The translations under genes and the position numbers were made by a program. 64,000 bases of DNA, taken from positions 1,888,001 through 1,952,000 of the forward strand of contig OZ253555.1 in the NCBI GenBank assembly GCA_965262725.1, read 5' to 3'. Shown here one piece after another: positions 1 to 10,002 of the stretch. This DNA comes from Dehalococcoidia bacterium (lineage in GTDB: Bacteria; Chloroflexota; Dehalococcoidia; UBA2979). The first letter of the stretch is position 1. Each line of letters opens with the position of its first letter. The notes beneath the pieces were generated by a model, which made no database searches, was not told the DNA's origin, and was given only the letters and a program-made list of their open reading frames with translations.

Positions 1-958
1 GCTGCTCGAGCCCCGGCGCCGCTCAGAGCGCGCCTTGCTAGCCGTCGTCCAGCAAGCGTACGTGGAGGGCGTCTCCACTCGCCGCGTCGACGACCTCGTG
101 CGCTCGCTCGGCTGCGAGGGCATCTCCAAGAGCCAGGTCTCGCGTATCTGCTCGGAGCTCGACACGGTCGTCACAAGTTTCCTCGGCCGGCCCCTGGACT
201 CCGGCCCCTACCGATACCTCTGGCTCGACGCGCTCACCCAGCGGGTGCGCGAGGAGGGCCGCATCGCCCAGGTGAGCGTCGTCGTCGCCACCGCGGTCAA
301 CGTGGAGGGGAAGCGCGAGGTGCTGGGCATCGACGTCGGTACCAGCGAGGACGGGGCCTTCTGGCTGGCATTTCTCCGCGGCCTCGTAGCACGAGGGCTC
401 TCCGGCGTGGAGCTGGTGACCTCCGACGCCCACCAGGGCCTGAGGGGAGCGATCGCGACCGTCTTCGGCGGCGCCTCCTGGCAGCGCTGCCGTACCCACT
501 TCATGCGGAACCTGCTCACACGCGTGCCGAAGAGCGCCGAGGCGCTGGTGGCGACGACCGTGCGCACCATCTACCAGCAGCCCTCGGCCTCCGAGGTGCA
601 CGCCCAGCACACGCGGGTCGTGGAGCAGCTCGGTGCGCGCTTCCCGCAGGCCGCGGCAATGCTCGCCGACGCCGCGGAGGAGATCCTGGCGTTCACGGCC
701 TTCCCGGTGGCGCACTGGCGGCAGATCTGGTCGAACAACCCCCAGGAGCGGCTCAACAAGGAGATCCGCCGGCGCACCAACGTGGTCGGCATCTTCCCCA
801 ACCGCTCAGCGGTCATCCGGCTCATCGGTGCGGTGCTCTCCGAGCAGCACGACGAGTGGGCCGTGGGGCGGCGCTACATGACGATGATGACGCTGCTCTC
901 CCCGCCGGGGAGTGAGCTCACGTCAGGCAAGGAGGTGCTGCTGCAGGCTGCCGGCTAA
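1..958 (+). CDS. IS256-family (mutator-type) DDE transposase, 5'-truncated by window edge
   Basis: Motifs YVEGVSTRRV, YLWLDA, VTSDAHQGL, WQRCRTHF, SNNPQERLNKEIRRRT; frame is open from base 2; IS256-like right end ACACCACTTGCCGGGACGTGACC at ~984-1006. Confidence 0.93.
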   Translation, partial: LLEPRRRSERALLAVVQQAYVEGVSTRRVDDLVRSLGCEGISKSQVSRICSELDTVVTSFLGRPLDSGPYRYLWLDALTQRVREEGRIAQVSVVVATAVNVEGKREVLGIDVGTSEDGAFWLAFLRGLVARGLSGVELVTSDAHQGLRGAIATVFGGASWQRCRTHFMRNLLTRVPKSAEALVATTVRTIYQQPSASEVHAQHTRVVEQLGARFPQAAAMLADAAEEILAFTAFPVAHWRQIWSNNPQERLNKEIRRRTNVVGIFPNRSAVIRLIGAVLSEQHDEWAVGRRYMTMMTLLSPPGSELTSGKEVLLQAAG

Positions 959-1102
959 CAAATGATAAGGATGATGCGCAGTGACACCACTTGCCGGGAC
1001 GTGACCGACACCACTCGTATCGGTACCAACAACCACAACAGGGGCTGCGGATGGGAGGCGCGATTGGTAGACGGCGCAGAGGGGCCGAGGTCCCCGTGCT
1101 CG

Positions 1103-2266
1103 TCACTTCGCAATCAGATGGTCGAGCGCAGCCGCCGCCGCGCTCTGCTGGCCACTCAGGAGATGCCCGTACACATCCATGGTGAACGCCGCGGAGCCGT
1201 GGCCGAGCCGCCGTGAGACCGTCAGCAGGTCGACGCCGGCCTTGATCCACTGACTCGCCGCCGTGTGGCGCAGCGAGTGAAAGTTGACCGTACCGGGATC
1301 GTCGATCCCGCTCGAACGGAGCAGGCGGCGAAAGCCGGTATAGAAGGCCTGCCGGTACTGGAACCGGCCGGATCCGTCGGGGAACACGAGATCGTGATCC
1401 TGCCAGGCGGCACCCAGCCGAAGCCGCACGGCGTTCTGTTCGGCGCGATGCTGACGCAGCAGGGCGACGGTTGCTCCCGAGAGTTCGATGGTGCGACGGG
1501 AATTGCGCGTCTTCGGGGGCAGCAAGCGGAACTCACCGCCGACGCTCTGGAGTGTCTGCCGCACGAGAAAGCTCGCGCGTTCCAGGTCGATCGATGCCCA
1601 CCTCGCACCGAGCAACTCCGCCTGCCGCGCGCCGGTGGCGAGCGCGAAGCGTAGCGGGACGTCGTAGTCCGTGTCCTGGACGGCCCCGAGCAGCTTCGCG
1701 ATCTCGCTCTCATCCAGCGCGCGGCGTTCGCGCATTTTCCCCGCCAGCGACGGGCTCGGTACAGCGGAGGCCGGGTTGCGGACAAGCAGCTGCCCGGCGA
1801 CGGCGGCCCCGAGAGCCTGGCGGAGCAGACCCAGTATCTTCCTGACTGTCGCGGGCGCTCGTGACTTCGACAGGCCATCCTTCAGGTCGAGAATGTGGTC
1901 GGGACGGAGTTCCTGGAGGCGCAGGCTTCCGATTGCGGGAGCGAGGTGGAGCCTGACGATCGTGCGGTAGTTCTCGGCAACGCGCGGGCCGATCGCCTGA
2001 TCGACCGTGCGCCGTTCGAGCCACAGCGCCAGCCACTCGCCGACCGTGATCTGGCTCGGGTCCACGCCGCCGTGATCGCGCTCGCCCAGCGCCTCTCGGA
2101 GTGCGCGCTGCGCGTCGCGCTTGGTGCCCTCGACCGAAAACCGGCGGCGCCGTCGCCTGCCGGTGCCAGCATCGCGCGGCAGCTCGACGGTGACCCGCCA
2201 GCTGCCCCTGGAGCGCTGCTCAATCGACCCGAGCCGTAGTCGCGCCTGGCCATCAGTCGCCTCCAC
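1103..2266 (-). CDS. int: Tyrosine recombinase/integrase of an ICE
   Basis: Catalytic set TGARQAE (R), PKT (K), HSLRH (HxxR), LGH, DVYGH (Y); N-terminal arm-binding-like segment GSIEQRSRGSWRV. Confidence 0.95.
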   Translation of the reverse strand: MEATDGQARLRLGSIEQRSRGSWRVTVELPRDAGTGRRRRRRFSVEGTKRDAQRALREALGERDHGGVDPSQITVGEWLALWLERRTVDQAIGPRVAENYRTIVRLHLAPAIGSLRLQELRPDHILDLKDGLSKSRAPATVRKILGLLRQALGAAVAGQLLVRNPASAVPSPSLAGKMRERRALDESEIAKLLGAVQDTDYDVPLRFALATGARQAELLGARWASIDLERASFLVRQTLQSVGGEFRLLPPKTRNSRRTIELSGATVALLRQHRAEQNAVRLRLGAAWQDHDLVFPDGSGRFQYRQAFYTGFRRLLRSSGIDDPGTVNFHSLRHTAASQWIKAGVDLLTVSRRLGHGSAAFTMDVYGHLLSGQQSAAAAALDHLIAK

Positions 2267-2344
2267 GGTCTCGCGTTCGGGCGCTCCCGCGACTTGACGC
2301 GGCCTCTCCGCCCCGACTGCTCCCGGCCGTCCGGATTCATCCTA

Positions 2345-2554
2345 TCAGAACTGTTGTGCTGTTACGGGTCGCTCGGGCTTCGCGGCCGACTTCTCCAGCC
2401 AGTCGTCGAGCTCCCTCCTCGGTATCCGGATCACCCTGCCGAGCCTCACGGCCGGCAGCTCTCCGCGCGCCACCAGCTCGTAGGCGAGATTGCGCGAGAT
2501 TCGGAGCAGCCTCGCGGTCTCGGGGACGGTCAGCAGCATTGGGCTATCGTTCAT
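2345..2554 (-). CDS. xis: Excisionase / HTH_17-type DNA-binding protein
   Basis: 69 aa LLTVPETARLLRISRNLAYELVARGELPAVRLGRVIRIP, directly upstream of the integrase. Confidence 0.88.
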   Translation of the reverse strand: MNDSPMLLTVPETARLLRISRNLAYELVARGELPAVRLGRVIRIPRRELDDWLEKSAAKPERPVTAQQF

Positions 2555-2627
2555 CCGTCACCTCCGGCGAGCGATCCCGCGCGGTGCGCGGAACCGATCT
2601 GGGCCATCCGGCCTTCCCTGAATTGGT

Positions 2628-4580
2628 TCACGCGCCGGCCCCATCGCGAGACCCGCCGGTGAACCGCCACGTAGGGGACCTGAAAGTGTCTTGTTCGCCT
2701 TGCAGATCGACCCCCCTTCTGTCCGCTGAGTCCGTCACAGTCACTGGTCGCCGCGTCCGACTGATCGCCAGCCCCGGCGATCGCCTGCGCCGCTCTGGTG
2801 CGTTGGCCGGCCGCGCCGACCGAGCACCCATGTGTCGTCCCTGGCACTCGGTTCGCCATTCCGTGGTCGTGAGCACGCCGGCCTGCCCCGCCCACTCTCT
2901 CGCGGCCCGCCCGACCCGTGCCTCGGCGTGGTGGTCGCTGCAGACGAAGAGCAACGCGGGCTCGCTCGGGAAGTGGTCTTCCCACGCCGCGGCGGCGTAG
3001 TAGCGCCGGTACCCCTCGAACTTCGCGCGGTAGTCGCCCGAGTCGAGCGTCCCGCGGTCGTACTCGAGGAGGAACGGCCGCGACTCCGCGCCGCGCACGA
3101 GCACGCCGGACGCATCCGGACGGATCCAGGCGATCCGCCCGTCCTCCGCCACGAAGCGATGCGTCGACTCCGCCTCGTTTCGCCATTCCGCGAGGCGCCA
3201 GCCCGCGGCCCTGGCATCGAGGGCCAGGCGAGCGGCGAAGCGGTTCACGCCGAGCGTGTGCTCGCGGTGCCGGACCACCCGCGCGCGGTCTGGCTGCTGC
3301 GCGGAGACGAAGGTCACTCCCCCGTGCCGCGCGTAGATGGCCGGAGGGACGCCGGCCCGAGCGGCGATCGACCGCATCCCCAGTTCCGTCAGCAGGTAGC
3401 GGGGCTCGTCGACGCCGCTTTTCTGGCGGGCTTCTGCTCTCCCCGGCGGTTCGGCGTCGGCATCGATCGCGCCGCAGCGCGTGATCCACTCCAAGCGGCG
3501 CCCGATCAGTCCTCCCGGTTCGCCCGTGAGGGCCGCGAGCTCGGCGGCGCTCAGTAGCGGGTGCCGCGCCACCCATTCGATCAGGATCTTCTCGGCCGCG
3601 CTTGTCGCGAGCGCGAGGCCGGCAAGACGTTGCCGGTCCGGCCCCACCCTCCCGCTCGTCGCCTGATCGAACGCACGCCTGCCATACGATGTTCCGGCGC
3701 GGCGGGTCGGCGGCCGGCAGTCGTCGAGCGCCCGCGCGATCCAGACCGCGTCCACGACCGGCGCCTCCCCCCACCCGAGCTGCTCGACGAGCGGCGCCGG
3801 CGCGCGGCCCGGTCGCCACCACCGCGCTTCGTCCGCGGCGGCCGCGTGCAGCTCCTCGCGGGTGGTGAAGAGCAGGTCCGGAGACCCGGGCCCTACGCCG
3901 TCCCGCTTCGCCAGCGCGTCCTCCCACACCCGCCACTCCCGGGCGGAGGGGCAGATCACGAGCACGGGCGGGAGTCCTTCGGTACCCCAGAGCCGGTCGA
4001 CACGGGCGCTCTCCGCGAACCACCCGGCCAGCCTCCTGCGGCGATGGACGTCCGGCGCCGCCGCGCGGTCCCACGCCACGAGGAACGGCGCGTGGATCGG
4101 ACCCGAGCGGAGGCAGCCGTAGCCCTCCGTGTCCGGGAGCCACCAGCGCTCGGCCGGAGGCAGGGCGAGCGGGAGCGACCGCGCGTCGGCGAGCTCGGCG
4201 ATACCGGAGCTCTCGAGATCGTCGGCGAGGTCGGCCAGGAAGCGATTTACGCAGGCGGTGATCTCCAGGCGGGCCACGCGCCTCGAGAGATCGCGCGGGC
4301 GGACCGGGACGGCGCCGGCGAGCGAGGCGAGATCCCGTCCGCACGCGGCCGCCAGGGCCGGCACCGCCTCGTCCCGCAGGACGGCGAGTCGCCGCGGTTC
4401 CAGCTCCGGCGAGGCGGCCGCGACGGTCTCGACCCACCCCTGCGCGGAGAGCAGGTGGATGAGCCGGCGGGCGTCGGACTCGTCCACGCCGAGCAGCCCG
4501 GCCAGTTCCGGCTCGCCGCAGAGGGGGAGCCGTGCGATCCACTCCAGGGACCGCGCGAGACGCGCCGCTTCATCGCGCAT
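2628..4580 (-). CDS. Replication-relaxation (Replic_Relax-like) protein with internal duplication; putative relaxase
   Basis: Likely start ATG 4580 (MRDEAARL) overlapping the upstream stop; C-half HREHTLGVNRF...IRPDASG...FLLEYDRGT...KFEGY; N-half is a degenerate copy (ITACVNRF...GYGCL...FLVAWDRA). Confidence 0.75.
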   Translation of the reverse strand: MRDEAARLARSLEWIARLPLCGEPELAGLLGVDESDARRLIHLLSAQGWVETVAAASPELEPRRLAVLRDEAVPALAAACGRDLASLAGAVPVRPRDLSRRVARLEITACVNRFLADLADDLESSGIAELADARSLPLALPPAERWWLPDTEGYGCLRSGPIHAPFLVAWDRAAAPDVHRRRRLAGWFAESARVDRLWGTEGLPPVLVICPSAREWRVWEDALAKRDGVGPGSPDLLFTTREELHAAAADEARWWRPGRAPAPLVEQLGWGEAPVVDAVWIARALDDCRPPTRRAGTSYGRRAFDQATSGRVGPDRQRLAGLALATSAAEKILIEWVARHPLLSAAELAALTGEPGGLIGRRLEWITRCGAIDADAEPPGRAEARQKSGVDEPRYLLTELGMRSIAARAGVPPAIYARHGGVTFVSAQQPDRARVVRHREHTLGVNRFAARLALDARAAGWRLAEWRNEAESTHRFVAEDGRIAWIRPDASGVLVRGAESRPFLLEYDRGTLDSGDYRAKFEGYRRYYAAAAWEDHFPSEPALLFVCSDHHAEARVGRAAREWAGQAGVLTTTEWRTECQGRHMGARSARPANAPERRRRSPGLAISRTRRPVTVTDSADRRGVDLQGEQDTFRSPTWRFTGGSRDGAGA

Positions 4581-7110
4581 GGTGGCCTCGGTGACCGTTG
4601 CCGCGGCTCGGCGGCCTCGCGGCCCTCCGACTCTCGGGCCGCTCCGCTCCGCTCGCCGACTTCGCGTCGGCGCCGCTCGTCCCGGCGGCACTCCCCGGCC
4701 CTGCCCCGGCCACCTCCTCCTGGGACTTCCGCTCCCGGCGGCCCGCTGCCTGTGACGGCGAGCGCTCCCAGAGCGCCCGCGTGATCTCCTCGACCACCTG
4801 CTCGCGCGGCCGGCCGACGCGCTCGGCGGAGCGTGCCGCGATCGCCCGGGCCCGGCCCGGGACGGTCGGTGGCGGCGGGTCGACCCGGAACGAGAAGGCA
4901 GGCGGGCGGGCGCGGCCGTCCCACCAGCGCGCATAGCAGGTGAAGTCGTCGAGCGAGACGAGGTCGGGGACCTCGATCCCGCCGCCCAGCTCCGGCGTCA
5001 GCCGGCGGGCGTCTTCGGCGCTGACCCCGAAGACGGTGAGGCCGTCGGAGTTGGCGAAGATCGTCGGGGCGAGGTTGCGGTCGATGGCGTCGAGCTTGGC
5101 GAGCGACTGCGTCACCAGCACGAAGCTCGCGCCGTACTTGCCGAGCTCGGAGAGCATGCGCGTGTAGTCGACGGCGCCGAGCGTGCTCGACTCGTCGATG
5201 AGCCCGATCACCTTCCGCCGGCGCTCAGGCGGCAGCGCCACCTGCTCCTCGATCAGGAGGCCGAGCAGGTTGAGCAGCGTCGCGCCGACGAGCGAGGCGG
5301 CGCCCTCGCCGAGCGCGCCGACGGCGGTGTTCACGACGAGCACGCCGCCGTCGCGCACGATCCCGCGCGGATCGAAGGTGGAGCGCGCCTGCCCGAAGAC
5401 CAGGCGCGAGGCCTCGGTGACGGTGAAACGGCCGATCTTCGAGGTGACGGGGTTCGCGGTCTGCTGCTGCAGCACGCGACCCGCGCGGTCGTAGTTGTCG
5501 CGCCACCAGGCGCGCACCGCCGGGTCCTGCACCTGGTCGAGCACGCGCTCGCGCAGCTCCCGGTCGGTGAGCATCGGCGCGACGTCGAGCAGCGTGAACT
5601 GCGCCTCGCGCTCGTAGTGGCGGTTCGCGTCGAGCAGCGCCAGCAACGAGGCCCGCAGGGCGCCCTCCATGCGCGGCCCCCAGTTCGCCGGCCAGAGGCG
5701 GTTCATCATCGTGACGATGTGCTCGGTCGTCCGGTCGCGGTCGGGGAAGAGCGCGGCGTCGAGCAGGTTGAGGCCGACCGGCCGCTCCAGGTTCGCGAAG
5801 TCGAGGTAGGTCGTGCGGTCCTCGAGGCCCGGCGGCACGGCGTCCAGCACCGCCTCGGCGAGGTCCTGGTGGGGGTCGACCACCACCAGCGCCGTCCCGT
5901 CCGATCCCCCGGCTGCCCCCTCCATCACCCGGGCGGCGAGGTGCCTGAGCAGCGTCGACTTGCCGCGCCGCGTCTTCGCGACGATGAGCTGGTTCCGGTG
6001 CAGGAGCGGCGCGGGCAGGTGGACGGGAGCGCCCGTGCCCTCCGCATCGGAGGCGCCGACGCGCGCGCCGCGCGCCGCGTGACCGGGCGCCGGCGGAAGC
6101 CGCTGCGCCGTGGTGCGGCGGATCCCGGCCGGGCCCCCCGCCTGGTCGGGCAAGTGCCAGAGCCCGGCGAGCTCGGCGGTGTTCAGGAGCAGCGGCAGCT
6201 TCCGGTCCGGCGTGCGGCGAGGCGGGCGCGGAGCCGCGGGGCGCAGGCCCCCGCCCGCTGAGTCGTAGGCGCCGTAGGCCCCCGCGGTCTCGGTCGCGAG
6301 CAGGCGCAGGCGATCGGGATCCGAGCCCCGCCCGCCGATCGCGTGGACCTCGAGCCGCGCCGCGACCAGGGGGGAGGCCAGCTTCTGCTCCACCACCCTC
6401 GGCGGCAGCGGTTCGGGGGAGCGCAGCATGCGCATGGCGATCGCCCCGGCGAGTGGCAGGCCGACGAAGACGCAGGCACCGCCGGCGACCAGCAGCGGCC
6501 ACTCCCCATCGAGGTACCACTGCCGTCCCTGCAGGCCCGCCGCGGCAATCGCGAGCGCCCCGACGAGCGGGACCGGGCTCGGGCCCGGGTCGCCGGCGGG
6601 CTCGCGCCGCGGCGCTCCGGCGGGCGCCGCGCGGCGGTGGAGGCGGCCGGCCGCCCCGGCCGGCGCGGGACCGAGCGTGAGCCGGCAGACGACCCGCTCG
6701 TCGCCCCGCGGCGCCGCCCGGGCCAGCACGCCGGTCAGCGGGGAGGGCTCGTTCCGCCAGTCGCTGCGGAGCGAGAGGATGTCCCCGCTGGACGGCCGCA
6801 GCCCGACCACGACGGCCTGCTCCGGCCCGAGCACCCGGACCGGGTCGAGATCGTCTCGATCCGGCGGGATCAGCTCGGCCCGGGCCTGCGGGTAGGCCGC
6901 GCGCAGCTGCGCGAGCGCCCGCTCGAGGCCCGTTTCGGTGGCGGAGCGCACGTACCAGCGCGGGCCGGTGTGGCCCGTCGTGATCTCGAGCGAGATCGAC
7001 TCGCCGGCCAGCGCGCCGAACATGCCGCGCGCTGAGGCGATGCTCGCCTCGAGATCCCGGGGCGCGACGACCTCTGCCAGGTACGAGAGTTCAGTACGTG
7101 ATCGCGACAT
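4570..7110 (-). CDS. VirD4/TraD-like type IV coupling ATPase
   Basis: Two TM helices, Walker A AKTRRGKST, VVVDPHQDL, Walker B LIDES, GKYGASFVLVTQSLAKL. Confidence 0.85.
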   Translation of the reverse strand: MSRSRTELSYLAEVVAPRDLEASIASARGMFGALAGESISLEITTGHTGPRWYVRSATETGLERALAQLRAAYPQARAELIPPDRDDLDPVRVLGPEQAVVVGLRPSSGDILSLRSDWRNEPSPLTGVLARAAPRGDERVVCRLTLGPAPAGAAGRLHRRAAPAGAPRREPAGDPGPSPVPLVGALAIAAAGLQGRQWYLDGEWPLLVAGGACVFVGLPLAGAIAMRMLRSPEPLPPRVVEQKLASPLVAARLEVHAIGGRGSDPDRLRLLATETAGAYGAYDSAGGGLRPAAPRPPRRTPDRKLPLLLNTAELAGLWHLPDQAGGPAGIRRTTAQRLPPAPGHAARGARVGASDAEGTGAPVHLPAPLLHRNQLIVAKTRRGKSTLLRHLAARVMEGAAGGSDGTALVVVDPHQDLAEAVLDAVPPGLEDRTTYLDFANLERPVGLNLLDAALFPDRDRTTEHIVTMMNRLWPANWGPRMEGALRASLLALLDANRHYEREAQFTLLDVAPMLTDRELRERVLDQVQDPAVRAWWRDNYDRAGRVLQQQTANPVTSKIGRFTVTEASRLVFGQARSTFDPRGIVRDGGVLVVNTAVGALGEGAASLVGATLLNLLGLLIEEQVALPPERRRKVIGLIDESSTLGAVDYTRMLSELGKYGASFVLVTQSLAKLDAIDRNLAPTIFANSDGLTVFGVSAEDARRLTPELGGGIEVPDLVSLDDFTCYARWWDGRARPPAFSFRVDPPPPTVPGRARAIAARSAERVGRPREQVVEEITRALWERSPSQAAGRRERKSQEEVAGAGPGSAAGTSGADAKSASGAERPESRRAARPPSRGNGHRGHHAR

Positions 7111-8179
7111 CCGCTTCCCTCCTCCCTGCATCGAGCAGCCGGAAGAAGGCGTCGCGCCCTCCCGGCCGTGCGCCCAGCTCGCTCACGTCCTTGACGCCCG
7201 CGGGCAGCTCGAGGACCTCCGCTCGCCCTCCGAGCTCGGCGGCGAGCCGCTGCGCGGCGTCGCGACCGGCCTCGTCTGAGTCCATCACGAGCACGACCGA
7301 GCGCGCGCGTTCGAGCAGCCGCAGCACGCCGCGGCCGGGCTGCGTCCCGAGCAGCGCGCACGCCGGCAGCCCCCAGCCCGTGAGCGTCAGCCAGTCGAAC
7401 GGCCCCTCGGTGAGGAAGAGGCGTCGCCTGCCGCGCTCGTAGCCGAGCAAGGGCTTCGGGAGCGAGAGCCCGCGGTACTTCGGACCTCCGCCGCCGTCCG
7501 GCGCGCGGCCGACCATCCAGCCGCAGTGGGCGCCTCGCAGCTCCGGGATCACGATGCGGCCGCTCATCGCCTCGTCGCCGGAGGCGAACAGCAGGCCGAG
7601 CTCCCCGGCGCGCTTCAGGCTGAGCCGGCGGCGCTTCAGGTAGGGCACGAGCCTCTTGCCGTCGCTGGTGCCGAGCCGGCAGCGCTTCGCGACCCAGGGC
7701 TGAACCCCCCGCTCATCCAGGTAGCGCAGCGCCGCGGGCGTCTCGAGCAGCGTCTCGTGGTAGAGCTCGCAGGCCGCCGTGAGGATCAGCCGGTCGTCGA
7801 GCGACAGCACCGGGGCCTGCTCGGTCTTCTCCGGCACGCGGGCCCGCACCGGGGGCGGTGGCGCGTGGGCGGCGGTCCCGATCGAACTGCCACCGGAACC
7901 GCCGCCAACGGCTCCGCCTCCGAGCCGCAGAACGGCCTCGCGGAAGCCCAGGCCCTCGGTGCGGCGGATGAAGTCGATCACGTCGCCCGAGGCGCCGCAG
8001 CCGAAGCAGTGGAAGGACTCCGTCTCGGGATAGACGCAGAGGCTCGGGGTCCGGTCCTCGTGGAACGGGCAGCGCCCCGTCAGTCGCCTCCCCTGCCCGC
8101 GCAGCTCGACCCCGTGGCGCCGGACGATGTCGGCGAGCGGGTTGCGGCGCTTCAGCTGATCGATGTCGATGTGGCTCAT
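7091..8179 (-). CDS. DnaG-type DNA primase (CHC2 zinc finger + TOPRIM)
   Basis: Start ATG 8179 (MSHIDIDQLK); CPFHEDRTPS...FHCFGCG zinc finger; TOPRIM LTEGPFD and MDSDEAG. Confidence 0.92.
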   Translation of the reverse strand: MSHIDIDQLKRRNPLADIVRRHGVELRGQGRRLTGRCPFHEDRTPSLCVYPETESFHCFGCGASGDVIDFIRRTEGLGFREAVLRLGGGAVGGGSGGSSIGTAAHAPPPPVRARVPEKTEQAPVLSLDDRLILTAACELYHETLLETPAALRYLDERGVQPWVAKRCRLGTSDGKRLVPYLKRRRLSLKRAGELGLLFASGDEAMSGRIVIPELRGAHCGWMVGRAPDGGGGPKYRGLSLPKPLLGYERGRRRLFLTEGPFDWLTLTGWGLPACALLGTQPGRGVLRLLERARSVVLVMDSDEAGRDAAQRLAAELGGRAEVLELPAGVKDVSELGARPGGRDAFFRLLDAGRREADVAITY

Positions 8180-10002
8180 GGCTGCACCTCCGTCCTGTCG
8201 GCAGCGCGTTCCGCGGGGTCTGTCGTCGCCAGCGCGTGCTCGAGCGGGCTCGCCTCGACGCGCAGCGCGATGTGGTTGCCGCGGGCCAGGAAGAGGCCCT
8301 CGCCCCTGCGGCAGGCGAGCAGGAACTCCCGCTCCGCGGCCGAGAGCCCGAAGGTCTCCGCGACGAGCCCGGCCGTGGAGCTGTCCTGCCGCATCAGGAG
8401 CTGCACCGAGCTGTTGGCGAGCACGGTGTGACCCTCCGGCGAGGCCAGGAAGTCCCCCACGTCCTGCGTGACCGTGGTGAGGCCGAGCCAGCGCTTGCGC
8501 GCCCGGCGCGCGAGCTGCGCCAGGAAGCGAGCCCCCTCCGGGTAGCGCATCAACGACCACGCCTCGTCGATGAGGAGCACGCGGGGTTTCGGGTCGTGCT
8601 TCACCCGCGCCCAGATGTGATCCGCGATGAGGTAGGTGGCGAGCGGGCGCAGCTCCTCCTCGAGGCCCTCCACGTTGAAGACCACGAAGGGACGGTCGAG
8701 CGAGGCCGTCGTGCGCTCCGAGAAGACGCGGCCGAGGCTGCCCGAGACGTAGCGCTCGAGGCGCCCCGCGAGCCCGTGCTCATCGCCTGAGCCCTCCAGC
8801 ACCCGGACCAGGTCGCGCAGCACCGGCGCGGGGCGGTCGTGCGTCGCCGGGTCGGCGGTGATGCCGGCCCGCCGGTAGCTCTCGTAGAGCGCCCGGTCGA
8901 GCACGCCCCGCTCGTGCTGGCCGAGCGATTGGCCGGGCCCTGCCAGCATCAGCGCGAGCAGACCCTGCAGCGCCAGCACGCGCTCCGCGAGCGGGTCGCG
9001 CGCATCGGGATCCGCTCCGGCCGGCTCCGGCCCGCCCGGCGGCAGGTCGAAGGGGTTGATGCGGACGGGCGAGCCGCCGGAGAGGCGGACCATCTGCCCG
9101 CCGACCGCCTCGCAGATCCGGCCGTACTCGTCCTCGGGGTCGATGACGTAGTACTCGACCCCGAGCAGCAGCGCCCGCAGCGCCTCGACCTTGCAGGCGT
9201 ACGACTTGCCGGCCCCGCTCTTGGCGAAGACGACCTTGTTGGCGTTCTCCTGGTCCGCACCGAAGGGGTCGAAGACCACCAGCGAGCTGTTGTGGACGCT
9301 CTCGCCGTAGAGCAGCCCGCGGCCGGTGGCGAGCGCGCTCGAGGTGAAGGGGATCATCGTCGCCACGCTCGAGGTGTCGAGGTTGCGGCGCCGGCCCAGG
9401 TGGTCCTGCCCGGCCGGGAGGCACGAGAGCAGCCCCGGCATCATCTCGTAGAGAGCCGGCCGCGCCTTCGCCATCATCCCGCCGAGCGTCCCCTCGACGC
9501 GCGCCGCGGCCCGGTCGAGCTCCCGGGCCGAGCGGCCGTGCACCCTGAGGTAGAGGCCTCCCGAGAAGACTCGCTCGTCGCCGCGCTCCAGCGCGTCCCG
9601 CAGCCGCTCGGCATCCTCGTAGGCGACCTCGCGCTCGGCGGAGGCGATGCGCCCGCCCCTGGCGTCGAGCAGGCGCGATGACTGGAGCTCCACCAGGCGG
9701 TGTGTCAGGCCGCGCACCGCGTCCCCCGAGTCCAGCGGCTCGAGGTGCAGGCTGAGGTCGAGCGGCTCGCCCTGGTCGATGAGCCGCCCGAGCCAGTTCG
9801 GGGCGACGTGGCGCGGGTAGTCCGTGAGCGCCAGCACCCGCGTGAGTTGCCCGTCGATGTCGAGGTGGTCTCGCGTCTCCTCCATCGCCGTGGGCGCGAT
9901 CAGGTCGGCGGTGGAGCGCTCGCCGGCGGCGAAGCGGTGCGCGCCCGCCGGGCTGCCTGCGCCGCGATCCCGACGCCGAAGGAGTGCCGCGGGGCTAGGC
10001 AC
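8176..10002 (-). CDS. VirB4-like conjugation ATPase
   Basis: Walker A AKSGAGKS, VIDPEDEY, Walker B LIDEAW, RRARKRWLGLTTVTQ; probable GTG start at 10002 after AGGAGG (ORF track extends to 10074). Confidence 0.9.
   Translation of the reverse strand: MPSPAALLRRRDRGAGSPAGAHRFAAGERSTADLIAPTAMEETRDHLDIDGQLTRVLALTDYPRHVAPNWLGRLIDQGEPLDLSLHLEPLDSGDAVRGLTHRLVELQSSRLLDARGGRIASAEREVAYEDAERLRDALERGDERVFSGGLYLRVHGRSARELDRAAARVEGTLGGMMAKARPALYEMMPGLLSCLPAGQDHLGRRRNLDTSSVATMIPFTSSALATGRGLLYGESVHNSSLVVFDPFGADQENANKVVFAKSGAGKSYACKVEALRALLLGVEYYVIDPEDEYGRICEAVGGQMVRLSGGSPVRINPFDLPPGGPEPAGADPDARDPLAERVLALQGLLALMLAGPGQSLGQHERGVLDRALYESYRRAGITADPATHDRPAPVLRDLVRVLEGSGDEHGLAGRLERYVSGSLGRVFSERTTASLDRPFVVFNVEGLEEELRPLATYLIADHIWARVKHDPKPRVLLIDEAWSLMRYPEGARFLAQLARRARKRWLGLTTVTQDVGDFLASPEGHTVLANSSVQLLMRQDSSTAGLVAETFGLSAAEREFLLACRRGEGLFLARGNHIALRVEASPLEHALATTDPAERAADRTEVQP

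Noticed and set aside
960-1102. ICE attachment site or tRNA target next to the integrase
   Set aside because: No tRNA or matching direct repeat was found by eye; the IS256 end occupies this position, and the att site may lie outside the window.
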